Shown: positions 42,431-52,404 of the stretch, piece after piece
Numbering within the stretch: position 1 is the first letter of the stretch
Layout of the letters: each line of letters starts with the position of its first letter
Origin: an uncultured Planctomycetota bacterium
Lineage (GTDB): Bacteria > Planctomycetota > Planctomycetia > Pirellulales > Lacipirellulaceae
DNA: 64,000 nucleotides
Assembly: GCA_963719315.1 (NCBI GenBank)
Contig: CAVRBU010000002.1
Span: forward strand, 928,001-992,000
Direction of reading: 5' to 3'
Translations under genes and position numbers: made by a program
The notes under the pieces: model-generated
Seen by the model: only the letters and a program-made list of their open reading frames with translations
The model's database searches: none
Told to the model about the DNA's origin: nothing

Positions 42431-43582
42431 CTATGGAGTTTTGATTGGCCGACCGGGCGTGTAGAGGCAGCAGTCGTCGGGGCATACATCGTGGCTGGGG
42501 CCGAGTGTGCCTAGCGCGAGGCGATTGGGAGTGTCGGTCATTCGTTCTTCGATCAGCTCGCGGATCATTTGTACGAATCGCGGGTGTGTGCCGACCGTGG
42601 CGGCACGCACCATGTTGATGCCGAGCGTATCGCAAAGCTGCCGGACTTCCGTGTCCAAATCAAACAGGATTTCCAAATGATCGGAAATGAATCCGATCGG
42701 CACGATGACCACATCGCGCACAGGATGACTGGGGTCGGCGGGGTGGCTGGGGTCGAGTGCCAGCGAGTCTCCAGCGGCCCCGCGAATAAACTCACCAACG
42801 TCGGGCTCCAACCACGGCTGCTGCGGCGGGCCACTGCGACTTTGATAGACCAGATGCCAAGGCGCCTTCGCGGCAGTGCGCGGGTCTCCCGGCCCCGCGC
42901 GGTACGAATTTCCGAGTCCCTCCGCCACCAATCGACACGCCTCGCGAAGCTGCTCCTCGTATCGGCAGCCGGTGGCCATTGCCGTCGGAATGCTGTGGGC
43001 GGTGAAGAGCAGCATGGCGCTGCCGCGCCGCTCGGCGGGGATTTGCTCAAATGCGGCGCGCGTTCGTTCAATCATCGGTTCGATGAAACCCGGATGATTG
43101 AAGAACACACGCAACTTATCCACCTCCGGTGGCGACAGGCCGCTCGCCTGTTGCAATTGCGCAGGCGAACCGCTCGCGACTACGGCTTGTTGGGCCGCCG
43201 CGATATTCTCCCGATACTGCCGGCAACCAGAGTAGGAGCTATAGCCGCTCGTGAAAAATGCCAGCGCCCGCCGCACGCCGTCCGCCGCCATTTGCCGCAA
43301 TGTATCGGCCAGCAGCGGATGCCAATTGCGATTCCCCCAATAAATCGGCAACTTGTGCCCATGCGCCGCCAACTCTTTTTCGAGGGCGGCGATCAGCGCC
43401 CGATTCTGATCGTTGATCGGACTCCGCCCGCCGAAGTAATGATAATGCTCCGCCACCTCCAACATCCGCTCCCGCGGCACACTTCGCCCGCGCAACACAT
43501 TCTCCAAAAACGGCAGTACATCCTCCGGACGATCGGGACCGCCGAACGAAACGAGCAGTAGTGCGTCGTACGAAGTATGCAT
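42431..43582 (-). CDS. hemH: Ferrochelatase (actinobacterial-like, Cys-rich C-terminus)
   Basis: LLVSFGGP, HYHYFGGRSPIN, YWGNRNWHP, SYSGCRQY, FTAHSIP, YQSRSG, WLEPD, PIGFISDHLEILFDLD, HDVCPDDCC. Confidence 0.93.
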   Translation of the reverse strand: MHTSYDALLLVSFGGPDRPEDVLPFLENVLRGRSVPRERMLEVAEHYHYFGGRSPINDQNRALIAALEKELAAHGHKLPIYWGNRNWHPLLADTLRQMAADGVRRALAFFTSGYSSYSGCRQYRENIAAAQQAVVASGSPAQLQQASGLSPPEVDKLRVFFNHPGFIEPMIERTRAAFEQIPAERRGSAMLLFTAHSIPTAMATGCRYEEQLREACRLVAEGLGNSYRAGPGDPRTAAKAPWHLVYQSRSGPPQQPWLEPDVGEFIRGAAGDSLALDPSHPADPSHPVRDVVIVPIGFISDHLEILFDLDTEVRQLCDTLGINMVRAATVGTHPRFVQMIRELIEERMTDTPNRLALGTLGPSHDVCPDDCCLYTPGRPIKTP

Positions 43583-43629
43583 AGGTAGACCTAATTGCCA
43601 TAGCAGATTTCGTAAGAATTCGGTCCCGA

Positions 43630-43684
43630 GTGGCCTGCTCGCTCCGCAAGCAGAGTTCCTCTCGCGAAGCGAGATGCCTACACT
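43630..43684. repeat. REP-like element, same family as 18333-18387
   Basis: Direct alignment by eye. Confidence 0.6.
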
Positions 43685-43763
43685 AAGCCGGAGGCGAACT
43701 TTATCCATTCTACGATGTCTCAGGTCCGATCAAAACCGCAGGGGCAAGTGCTGCGCAAATCTC

Positions 43764-45170
43764 ATGCTTCTGACCATTTCGACCACGCACCGACCGGCAA
43801 CCGATCTCGGGCATTTACTGCACAAGAACCCTGATCGGTGCCAATCGTTCGAGTTGAGTTTCGGCAAGGCACACGTTTATTATCCCGAAGCCAGCGGGGA
43901 TCGATGTACGGCATGCCTGCTTTTGGATGTCGATCCAGTGCGGCTGGTCCGGGGCCGCGGCGATTGGCGGGGCGGCATGCTGGATCAGTACGTGAGCGAC
44001 AGGCCGTACGTGGCATCGTCCTTTATGAGCGTGGCAATCTCTCAAGTGTTCGGCACTGCACTGAGCGGTAGATCCAAGGAGCGGGCAGCATTGGTTGACG
44101 CGCCGATTCCCTTGTCGGCTCGCATCGACGTTCTTCCCGTACGTGGCGGCGAGGAGTTGTTGCAACGCGTGTTCGGACCGCTCGGCTACACCATAGCGGC
44201 CAAGCGGCACCCCTTGGATGAAAAGTTTGCCGAGTGGGGAGAGAGCCCGTTTTTTACCGTTGAGTTGCAGCAGACGACGACGGTCTCGCAACTGTTGCAG
44301 CACTTGTACGTACTCATTCCCGTGTTCGATTTGCGGAAGCATTATTACATCGGCCAGGACGAAGTCGAAAAGTTGCTGGGCAAAGGCGGCGCATGGCTGG
44401 TCGATCATCCGGAACGCGAGTTAATTACGCACCGCTACTTAGGCAGGCAACGCGGCCTAGCACGGCAGGCGCTCGCCCGATTAGTGGCAGAAGACGAACC
44501 TAGCGAGCTGGATGATGACTCGGACAATACACCGGCAGAGGCTGAGACCACCGAGCGCGATTTATCGCTTCACGAACAGCGGCTCGGCGCGGTGCTTGCC
44601 GCGATTCGGGCCTCCGGCGCCCGCACGGTCGTTGATCTGGGATGCGGCGAAGGAAAGCTGCTCCGCCAGCTGCTAGCCGATCGACAGTTCACCAGCATTT
44701 TGGGCGTAGACGTTGCAATCCGTTCACTGGAAATCGCCGCCCGGCGGCTGAAATTCGACTGGATGCCGCCGATGCAACGGGAGCGGATCGTCCTACACCA
44801 CGGCGCGCTCACGTATCGTGACGAAAAACTGGCCGGTTTCGACGCGGCCGCGATCGTCGAGGTTATTGAGCACCTCGACCCAGCCCGACTCTCGGCATTC
44901 GAGCGCGTCGTGTTCCAACATGCCCGACCGCGAACGGTCGTCCTTACGACGCCGAATCGCGAATACAACATGATGTGGGAAACGCTGCCCGCCGGTCAAA
45001 TGCGGCACGGCGATCACCGATTTGAATGGACCCGCGCCGAGTTTCAGTCTTGGGCGAGCAGCGTGGGCCGGCGATTTGGATACTCGGTGCGATTCTTATC
45101 CGTCGGTCCGGAAGACGCAGTGGTCGGAGCACCGTCACAGATGTGCATATTCGATTTGTTGACAGTTTGA
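43764..45170 (+). CDS. hen1: 3'-terminal RNA ribose 2'-O-methyltransferase Hen1
   Basis: MLLTISTTHRPATDLGHLLHKNP, YVSDRPYVASSF, KHYYIG.DEVEKL, DLGCGEGKL, EVIEHLD, TTPNREYN, RHGDHRFEWTRAEF. Confidence 0.96.
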   Translation: MLLTISTTHRPATDLGHLLHKNPDRCQSFELSFGKAHVYYPEASGDRCTACLLLDVDPVRLVRGRGDWRGGMLDQYVSDRPYVASSFMSVAISQVFGTALSGRSKERAALVDAPIPLSARIDVLPVRGGEELLQRVFGPLGYTIAAKRHPLDEKFAEWGESPFFTVELQQTTTVSQLLQHLYVLIPVFDLRKHYYIGQDEVEKLLGKGGAWLVDHPERELITHRYLGRQRGLARQALARLVAEDEPSELDDDSDNTPAEAETTERDLSLHEQRLGAVLAAIRASGARTVVDLGCGEGKLLRQLLADRQFTSILGVDVAIRSLEIAARRLKFDWMPPMQRERIVLHHGALTYRDEKLAGFDAAAIVEVIEHLDPARLSAFERVVFQHARPRTVVLTTPNREYNMMWETLPAGQMRHGDHRFEWTRAEFQSWASSVGRRFGYSVRFLSVGPEDAVVGAPSQMCIFDLLTV

Positions 45171-45629
45171 AGAGGGTCGGTCTAAATCCGGCTATTGGTT
45201 TCGCACCATGAACCTTTCGATTCCCAACCTGTCGCTCGTTGTCCTCATCGGCCCTAGCGGTGCCGGCAAGAGCACGTTTGCGCGGAAGCATTTTTTGCCG
45301 ACAGAGGTGTTATCGAGCGATTTTTGCCGTGGATTGGTGAGCGATGATGAGAACAGCCAGGCGGCCACGCGCGATGCGTTTGAAGTGTTGCACTACATCG
45401 CAGCCAAGCGTCTGTCGGCCGGGCGGTTAACTGTGATCGATGCCACGAATGTTCAGCGCGAATCGCGGCAACCACTGGTGACGCTGGCTCGCGAATATCA
45501 CATGTTGCCAGTGGCGATCGTGTTCAATTTAAAGGACGACGTTTGCCATGAGAGAAACCGAGGGCGGGCGGATCGCAACTTCGGCGAGCATGTGATCCGG
45601 CAGCAGCGGTCGCAGCTGCGGCGGTCTAT

Positions 45630-47185
45630 CAGCCTGTTGAAGAAGTTGGTATTTGGTGATTTTAGGCAGCCAACGCGAGCGGTTGGTTGATGGTTGATTT
45701 TTGTCGGCCGGTCGGCGGCGTGGGCGTCAGCAGACGCTCCAGCGCGGCCAGGGTGTTAAACAACACAACATGCAAGGCGTCGGCAAGCCCGCCGTTCCCT
45801 TGCAGGCTCCTGGCCGTGCCGATTCCGAACAAGTGGCGCAGGACGAGGCCCAGATTGCGTGCCATGGCCGACGTCAGGTATCGCTTTCTCACTTTCTCGA
45901 TACCATGCAGCCACGTTCGCCGACTGCCGCCCGTCTCGCAGACGTGGGCGAAACTCCGCTCGACCTTCTCACTCCTCTCGCGCTGTAGAGCACGTCCTCG
46001 CTTTCCTTTGACCCGGCGGCGGTTGCCCGTCACCGCCCGACGCTCTTCGTCCGCTTTGTTTTTCCAATTGCGACGATGCGCGTGCTGTGGTTCGGCGATG
46101 TACGTTCGTAGACCCTCGGTGAATTCCAATTCGGCCAGCGTCTCGTTCCCCGAGTAGCCTTTGTCCGCCACCGTCTCCTCGATGTCCGCGTCGCTGTCGG
46201 CTTGAATCAAGTTGTCTTGCGCTTGGCTGAGGCTCGGGCCGATCGTGTCCACGTCGGCCGCGTTGGCGTGATAGATCTCGGCCGCCAGGATCAGCTCCGT
46301 GTCCAGATCGACGACGTGTTCGGCCTTGTAGGCCAGATGCGTGCGGCCGTCCTTCATCCGGGTGATCCGGCTGTCTGGGTCGGTTTCGCTCTGCCATTCT
46401 TGGTTCGAGACCTTTTTGTCCTTGCGCTGGCGATCGAACCGAGCAATCTCCTCGGCTGAGGGTTCGTCGCCCGGCTCGATCTGGCCTGCTTCCTGCATCA
46501 GACGCCGAACATACTCCTGCCAGTCCTCGCCCGTGTCGCGCCTGACGATGCTCTTCATGGCCGCGTCGGCCTCCAGGGTCGTGGCGTCGACGCCCACCGT
46601 CTTGCCGGCGAGCAGGCCTTGCTGCTCAGCCACCTCGAGCACGAAGCAGAATACTTGCCGATGAACCGACAACGGCAGTCGGTCGCGGACCCGCGTCAGG
46701 CTCGAATGGTCAGGCGTCTCTTCGCCGAGCGGGACGCCCAGAAATTCTCGCAAGCTGAGACTGTCGGCACACCGCCAGGCGATGCCCCGCTGCGAGCCGA
46801 GGCCCTCGAAGTAGCCCACCAACAGCATCCGGAAGTAGACGCCCGGCGGAATGCCGGGCCGCCCCATCGTTTCGTGATAGTACGGCTCACAGAGCCTTTC
46901 GACGAACTCGTCGAAGCCGGCTGCTCGCAGCAATTGATTGAGCTTGCCGTAAAACACTTGCCCTTCCGACCGCGGCAACTGGTCCACCGGGATCCAGAAG
47001 GACGACTGCTGCTCTTGGTTGCGGTGTCCCAACGCCATCCGTGATCTCCTCAATTCGGCTCTGCGGATGCCTGAGCAAAACAATAATCGCTCTTACACTG
47101 GCATCCACGCCAACCGCAGGCGACAATTTAGCGCCATGCCGTCGTTAGCGAAAGTCTATCCAAAGGAGACTTCTTCAACAGGCTG
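45630..47185 (-). mobile_element. 1556-bp insertion sequence (IS1182/IS5-like DDE)
   Basis: Perfect 17-bp TIRs CAGCCTGTTGAAGAAGT (45630-45646 and 47169-47185); 4-bp target duplication CTAT (45626-45629 and 47186-47189). Confidence 0.96.
45662..47038 (-). CDS. DDE transposase (DUF772-type N-terminus)
   Basis: GRPGIPPGVYFRMLL, TPDHSSL, VDATTLEA, ADKGY, VERSFAH; AGGAG RBS before ATG 47038. Confidence 0.93.
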   Translation of the reverse strand: MALGHRNQEQQSSFWIPVDQLPRSEGQVFYGKLNQLLRAAGFDEFVERLCEPYYHETMGRPGIPPGVYFRMLLVGYFEGLGSQRGIAWRCADSLSLREFLGVPLGEETPDHSSLTRVRDRLPLSVHRQVFCFVLEVAEQQGLLAGKTVGVDATTLEADAAMKSIVRRDTGEDWQEYVRRLMQEAGQIEPGDEPSAEEIARFDRQRKDKKVSNQEWQSETDPDSRITRMKDGRTHLAYKAEHVVDLDTELILAAEIYHANAADVDTIGPSLSQAQDNLIQADSDADIEETVADKGYSGNETLAELEFTEGLRTYIAEPQHAHRRNWKNKADEERRAVTGNRRRVKGKRGRALQRERSEKVERSFAHVCETGGSRRTWLHGIEKVRKRYLTSAMARNLGLVLRHLFGIGTARSLQGNGGLADALHVVLFNTLAALERLLTPTPPTGRQKSTINQPLALAA

Positions 47186-49380
47186 CTATACGAGGCCTGA
47201 AACGCGAAGGTTTTCGCTATGTTTTCATTCTTGATTCGCCCGACGAAGTCGATGCGGTGACAATTGATCGGACACCGCTTTGGAACAATCGCCGCCACGA
47301 GCATGGGCCATTCGACTTTATCGGCGACGTACATGGCTGTGCCGACGAATTGGAGGAATTGCTAACGTCTCTCGGCTACCAACGAATTGTTGGCGAAGGC
47401 AATGCGCCCGGATGGAGCGATATTTGCTATATCCATCCGTCGGGGCGCAAAGCAGTGTTTGTCGGCGATCTTGTTGATCGGGGACCGCGGATTCTGGACG
47501 CGGTAAGTATCGTTCGAAATATGATGACGGCTGGCTCGGCACTGTGCGTGCCTGGCAACCACGACATGAAACTCCACAAAAAGCTGAGCGGTAAGAACGT
47601 GAAGGTCAGCCACGGACTGGCCGAAACACTGGCAGAGATCGACGTTTTGCCAGAGTCGGCCCGTCCAACATTCTGTAAGGAAGCGGCCAATTTCATCGAC
47701 GGTCTGGTGAGTCATTACGTTCTTGATGATGGCCGAATAGTCGTTGCCCATGCGGGGATGAAAGAATCGATGCAGGGCCGCGGATCGGGCAAGGTTCGCG
47801 AGTTCGCGCTGTACGGAGAAACGACCGGCGAGACCGACGAATTTGGCTTGCCTGTCCGCCACAATTGGGCGGCCGAATATCGCGGTGACGCGATGGTCGT
47901 GTACGGACACACGCCGGTGCCGCAACCCGAGTGGCTCAACAAGACAGTCAACATCGATACCGGCTGCGTGTTCGGAGGAGCGCTTACGGCGCTGCGTTAT
48001 CCGGAGCAGGAATTCGTTCACGTCAAATCGAAGCGGACGTACTGCGAGCCGGCGCGTCCCTTTTTGGCGGACGAACAAAAGTCCCCCGCGCTGTCGTCGC
48101 AGCATGTACTCGACGACCTGCTCGATATTGCCGATGTGACAGGCAAGCGAATCATCTCCACACGACTGCGGCATAACGTAACGATCCGCGCCGAAAACAG
48201 CATTGCCGCCTTAGAGGTAATGAGCCGGTTCGCGGCCAACCCGAAGTGGCTCGTGTATCTGCCGCCCACGATGTCGCCCTCGGAAACGACCGGTCGTGAG
48301 GGGTTTTTGGAGCACCCAGAAGAAGCATTCGGCTACTTCCGCAGCCAGGGCGTGCCGCACGTCGTGTGCGAGGAAAAGCACATGGGCTCGCGGGCAGTCG
48401 TCGTGGTTTGTCGCGATGAAAGGGCGGCCCGCACGCGGTTCGGCGTGGAAGGCGAGACGGGAATCGTAGTCACTCGCACGGGTCGTCGATTTTTCAATGA
48501 TACGGTGCTGGAGATTTCCCTGCTCGACCGCGTGCGCTCAGCGATCGATTCCGTCGGCTTGTGGGGCGAGCTCGCGACCGACTTCGTCATCCTTGATTGC
48601 GAATTGATGCCCTGGTCGGCGAAGGCGCAGGAGTTACTTCGATCACAATACGCCGCGGTGGGCGCGGCGGCCAACGCTGCCCTACCGCCGGTGCTCGAAT
48701 CGATCCGGGACGCTGTCGCGCGGGTTGGGGGCAGTGAATCGCAAAAGCTGAATGAATTGCTAACTGAGTTTCAATATCGCCGCGAAATGGCTCAGCAATT
48801 CGTTGCAGCTTATCGCTACTACTGCTGGCCGGTCATAACACTCGATGACTTTAAGCTGGCTCCGTTTCATCTGCTGGCCACAGAAGGCCGCGTGCATGTG
48901 GGACAGAATCACCAGTGGCATATGGAAACGCTGGCCCGCGTATGTGTTGCCGACCCGCAACTACTTCTCGCCACGCCATTTCGCCTGATCGACGTAACGA
49001 ATCTCGACGAAGTCGATCAGGCCATCGAATGGTGGACCGAGCTTACCGGGCGCGGTGGCGAAGGAATGGTCGTTAAGCCGCTCGACTTCATTGCCAAGGG
49101 AAACAAGGGATTAATCCAGCCCGCAGTGAAATGCCGGGGCCGCGAATACTTACGAATAATCTATGGACCGGATTATACGAGCGAAGCGAACCTATCGCGG
49201 TTGCGTAGTCGCGGGCTCGCGTCGAAGCGTTCGCTCGCACTACGCGAATTCGCACTGGGAGTAGAGGGGCTGGAGCGATTTATACGCCGCGAGCCTTTGC
49301 GACGGATACACGAATGCGTATTCGGAGTCTTGGCGCTCGAGAGCGAGCCGGTAGACCCGCGGCTTTGACAAAAACCAAAT

Positions 49381-49453
49381 TGACCCCAACGGGACTCGAA
49401 CCCGTGTTACCGGCGTGAAAGGCCGGTGTCCTAGACCGCTAGACGATGGGGCC
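49381..49453 (-). tRNA. tRNA-Glu (TTC); CCA not encoded
   Basis: GGCCCCA/TGGGGTC acceptor stem, CCGGC-CTTTCAC-GCCGG anticodon arm, GGTTCGAGTCC T-arm. Confidence 0.96.
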
Positions 49454-49841
49454 AGCGCGTACCAACGCCGGGCGTCCGTCGGAGGATTTTTCCGGGACCA
49501 TCGTCCGGCCGCTCTCAAGGAGCGGTCGGAGCTTCGCGGCGAATAGTCTAAGCGTTGTTAGCTGTATATGGTTACAACCGGCCATCGTCAAGACAATCGG
49601 TCCGCAGATGGTATTTTTTGCGGCTTGGTGGAAATAAAATCGGGAACGCCTCCCGCGTTGGTACACACAATACCAAGCCGACGAACTTAATTGCACAAAA
49701 GCTCAGAAACGCACATTCGCCGAATGTGCATGAAGTAGAAGTGGAGCAGTTCAGACCGATGCGAGAAGAGTGCTAGCGACGATCAATAAGCAAAAACAGA
49801 AGAGGAGTGCGATAATTCAGCGGTTCGGAGCGAATTATCGT

Positions 49842-50060
49842 TTAGCCGGCGGCGTTCGTGCCGTCGTTCTGAGCAACCGTCTCGTCGGGCTTCACCTGGT
49901 TGCGGCGAATTGCTTCATACACTTCATTACGATGCACAGGCACTTCCTTGGGGGCTTCTACTCCAAGGCGAACCTTGTCGCCGCGGATTTCTACGACGAC
50001 GATCGTAATATCATCATTGATAATGATACTCTCGTTCTTTTTCCGTGACAGAACTAACAT
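49842..50060 (-). CDS. csrA: Carbon storage regulator CsrA
   Basis: MLVLSRKKNESIII...VRLGVEAPKEVPVHRNEVY. Confidence 0.96.
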   Translation of the reverse strand: MLVLSRKKNESIIINDDITIVVVEIRGDKVRLGVEAPKEVPVHRNEVYEAIRRNQVKPDETVAQNDGTNAAG

Positions 50061-50859
50061 GCTCGATTCCTTCCAGAGGCACGTCCGTACGTTGAGCAAA
50101 CCATCTTCAATCGCACGCGACTGGCAATCACACCCTGGGCCTGCGGCCCTAGTTTTTACGGGATGTAGCCACCTGCTGCGCAGACGACCCCTTCAATCCA
50201 CTCTACGTGGTGTCGGGCGCTAGTCAAGGAAAGTTAAGCGTCGAAAACGCAGTTTTTCGCTGCCGATGCTTGCATTTGGCATGAGATTTGGGGGATTGTG
50301 CGGCTCTCGCATGGATACAAGGGCACCGGCTGAGCGACCCGATGACGGGACACCGGCGTCGCTAAGTCCTTTTGTGAATACAACATAGGAATGGATTGGG
50401 GTATTTCCAGAGGGTGAACGCGTGAGGTCTTTTTGTGGGGGCCCGGCATTGCCGCATAAGGTGGGGCTAGTTTTACTGATTTATTGAATTGGAGGGGTCT
50501 TTTCGCCGCAAAAACACGACATTTTGGCAACCGAGCCCAGCTTTGAGCATCGGCGGCCTCGATGGCGGCGTGGGTAGCAAATGCTCCTGGCTGGGATCGT
50601 CCGATTGCACGGTCGAAAAAAATTTCGCGGTCGGCGTAGCTTCCACCACATATACACAGAGCACCGCGCCGGAGTTGCAGAAGGCATGAGGGGGCACGAT
50701 GAGTGAAAAACGGTCACATGCTCAGTCCCTATCGAGCATGCGAATAGTCGCGGGCGTTGACACAATAGATTTTCTACGGTACTCCGTCACTAACTTGTCG
50801 ACTATTGTGCATGTTGGAAATCTTTCGCTCAAATGCTACAATAAATCTGCATCCAAGTG

Positions 50860-51118
50860 TGTCCAATCCATATCCACCGTCGACTACCCACTGGTCCACG
50901 ACGATTTCGTCAATCTACTGGTGCGGACCGCCAATTCTAACGAAGTGCTTTCTCATTTCAGCTTTCAGGCCATAAACAGCAGCGCTCGGATGACTTGGTT
51001 GCCAAGAATCGAAAAGGCGCTCTCTCGCCGCAAGAATCGGCCGAGTTGGATACGTTCGAGCACTTTGAGCAATATGATCCGCTTGCTTAAGGCTCGTGTG
51101 TGGGAGAATCAGAGGTAG
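50860..51118 (+). pseudogene. Degenerate small hypothetical gene upstream of the HNH gene
   Basis: Pieces in different frames: HDDFVNLL / KQQRSDDLVAKNRKGALSPQESAELDTFEHFE / IRLLKAR; boundaries approximate. Confidence 0.45.
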
Positions 51119-51527
51119 TGACCAGGTGCTCAGTCGCGGTGCGTCGCGAAATTGTTCGGCGCGGCGGCGATCGGTGCGAGTTTTGTCTCATCCACCAAAC
51201 AGATACAGCGTCGCGGCATCAGGTTGATCGTGTCGTCGCTGAGAAGCACGGCGGGCAGACGATGCTCGACATCTCGCAATCTCATGTCTGCCCTGCAATC
51301 GACGCAAATCCAGCGACATTGGCGCTGTAGATCCTCAATCGGGAGAATTTGTTCGCCCATTTCACCCACGTCGCCAGGTGTGGTCCGAGCATTTTCACAA
51401 TATGGGGGCTCAAATAGTTGGCCTGACACAGGAAAGCCGGGCAACCGCTAAATTCCTTCGGCTCAATACACCGGAGCGCTTGCAGGAACGCATTGATCTG
51501 ATTCGGCTCGGGAGTTGGCCAAAATAA
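51118..51527 (+). pseudogene. HNH endonuclease pseudogene
   Basis: RCEFCLIH...HQVDRVVAEKHGG (catalytic DH changed to DR), frameshift near 51271, then LAISCLPCNRRKSSD...FHPRRQVWSEHF...LRLN. Confidence 0.8.
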
Positions 51528-51614
51528 CGGTTTCGTTCGCGCCGCTACCTTACCGTCTCAGCACACTATTAGGCGGGTCGGCGGTGGCACACGTGGGCAG
51601 CCCCGAACGGCGCG

Positions 51615-51905
51615 TTAGCTTCGGCCGAACTTGTGGCCGCAGGAACAAGAATCTCGGCCGACGTGGACCTGGGTGCCGCACTTCGGGCAGCGTTTCTTCC
51701 AGTTCTTAGTGCTCTTTTCGACGGGCTTCTTCAGCTTGGCTTCGGACGATTTCGCAGCCCGTAGACGAACTATCCGGGGCTCGTCCGCTTGCTGAATCGC
51801 GCATTGCGGATGGATGCCGCCCAGCGAATAGGCGGGCTTTCCGCAGACCGGGCAGAGGTTTTTCGGCGGCGGCGGAACGATGACGGCGGACTTTTCGCTA
51901 CTCAT
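51615..51905 (-). CDS. Small double zinc-ribbon protein
   Basis: CPVCGKPAYSLGGIHPQC and CPKCG...CSCGHKF. Confidence 0.75.
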   Translation of the reverse strand: MSSEKSAVIVPPPPKNLCPVCGKPAYSLGGIHPQCAIQQADEPRIVRLRAAKSSEAKLKKPVEKSTKNWKKRCPKCGTQVHVGRDSCSCGHKFGRS

Positions 51906-51989
51906 GGGTTTCCAATCGTGGAAGCGTCGTTGTCGAATTGGTTGTGATGGCGAATGACGCCACCGCGGTCCACACAACTTCACTCCGGC

Positions 51990-52011
51990 AAAAAAAGTCC
52001 TCTGCGAGGAC
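51990..52011 (-). terminator. Intrinsic terminator upstream of the zinc-ribbon gene
   Basis: GTCCTC-GCA-GAGGAC followed by T7 on the minus strand. Confidence 0.6.
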
Positions 52012-52404
52012 CAAGTCGACCCGATACGGCTTCCCGGGTCGCGACGAAAGGGACCAACGTGGTGGTCCACCAAGTGGGCCGGCGAAAGAGAAAGAGCAGG
52101 CCGATAGCGGGAAATGCGTGCTGCGATCAGGTCGTCTAACCAACTACGTTCCAGTATAGCAGGTTTTGCGACCGACGGACAGCGCCTTGCCTTCATTTGA
52201 ACCAAATGTAATTTAGCCTGCCAAGTAGATTATAACGCCGAACATCGACAAATCGTGCAATTCTTTGCGGATTGTTGGTTCTGCTAATCATGATTGCGGA
52301 GCGTTCGATCTGTCGAAGGCCCCTCGGAGGCCGATAGGATGTTGCAACACCTAAGCATCATCGGGCGTCGGAGACGCCTCTCACGGAGAAATCGCTGCTT
52401 CCAC

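Larger units (their letters stand above)
45208..49368 (+). pseudogene. pnkp: Polynucleotide kinase-phosphatase-ligase Pnkp, interrupted by an IS at codon 141
   Basis: Kinase GPSGAGKST/SSD/DATN; phosphatase GDVHG, GDLVDRG, GNHD, GHTP; ligase PPTMS, EEKHMGSR, EGMVVKP, ESEPVDPRL. Removing the IS and one CTAT restores an 866-aa ORF (...QLRRSIRGLKREGFRYVFIL...). Confidence 0.96.

Noticed and set aside
47161..47259. IS-supplied AAGGAG as RBS for the downstream half of pnkp
   Set aside because: It lies about 90 nt from GTG 47257, and there is no in-frame start codon at a usable distance.
50276..50290. Sigma54-like TGGCATGAGATTTGG upstream of csrA
   Set aside because: It lacks the -12 GC and points away from csrA.
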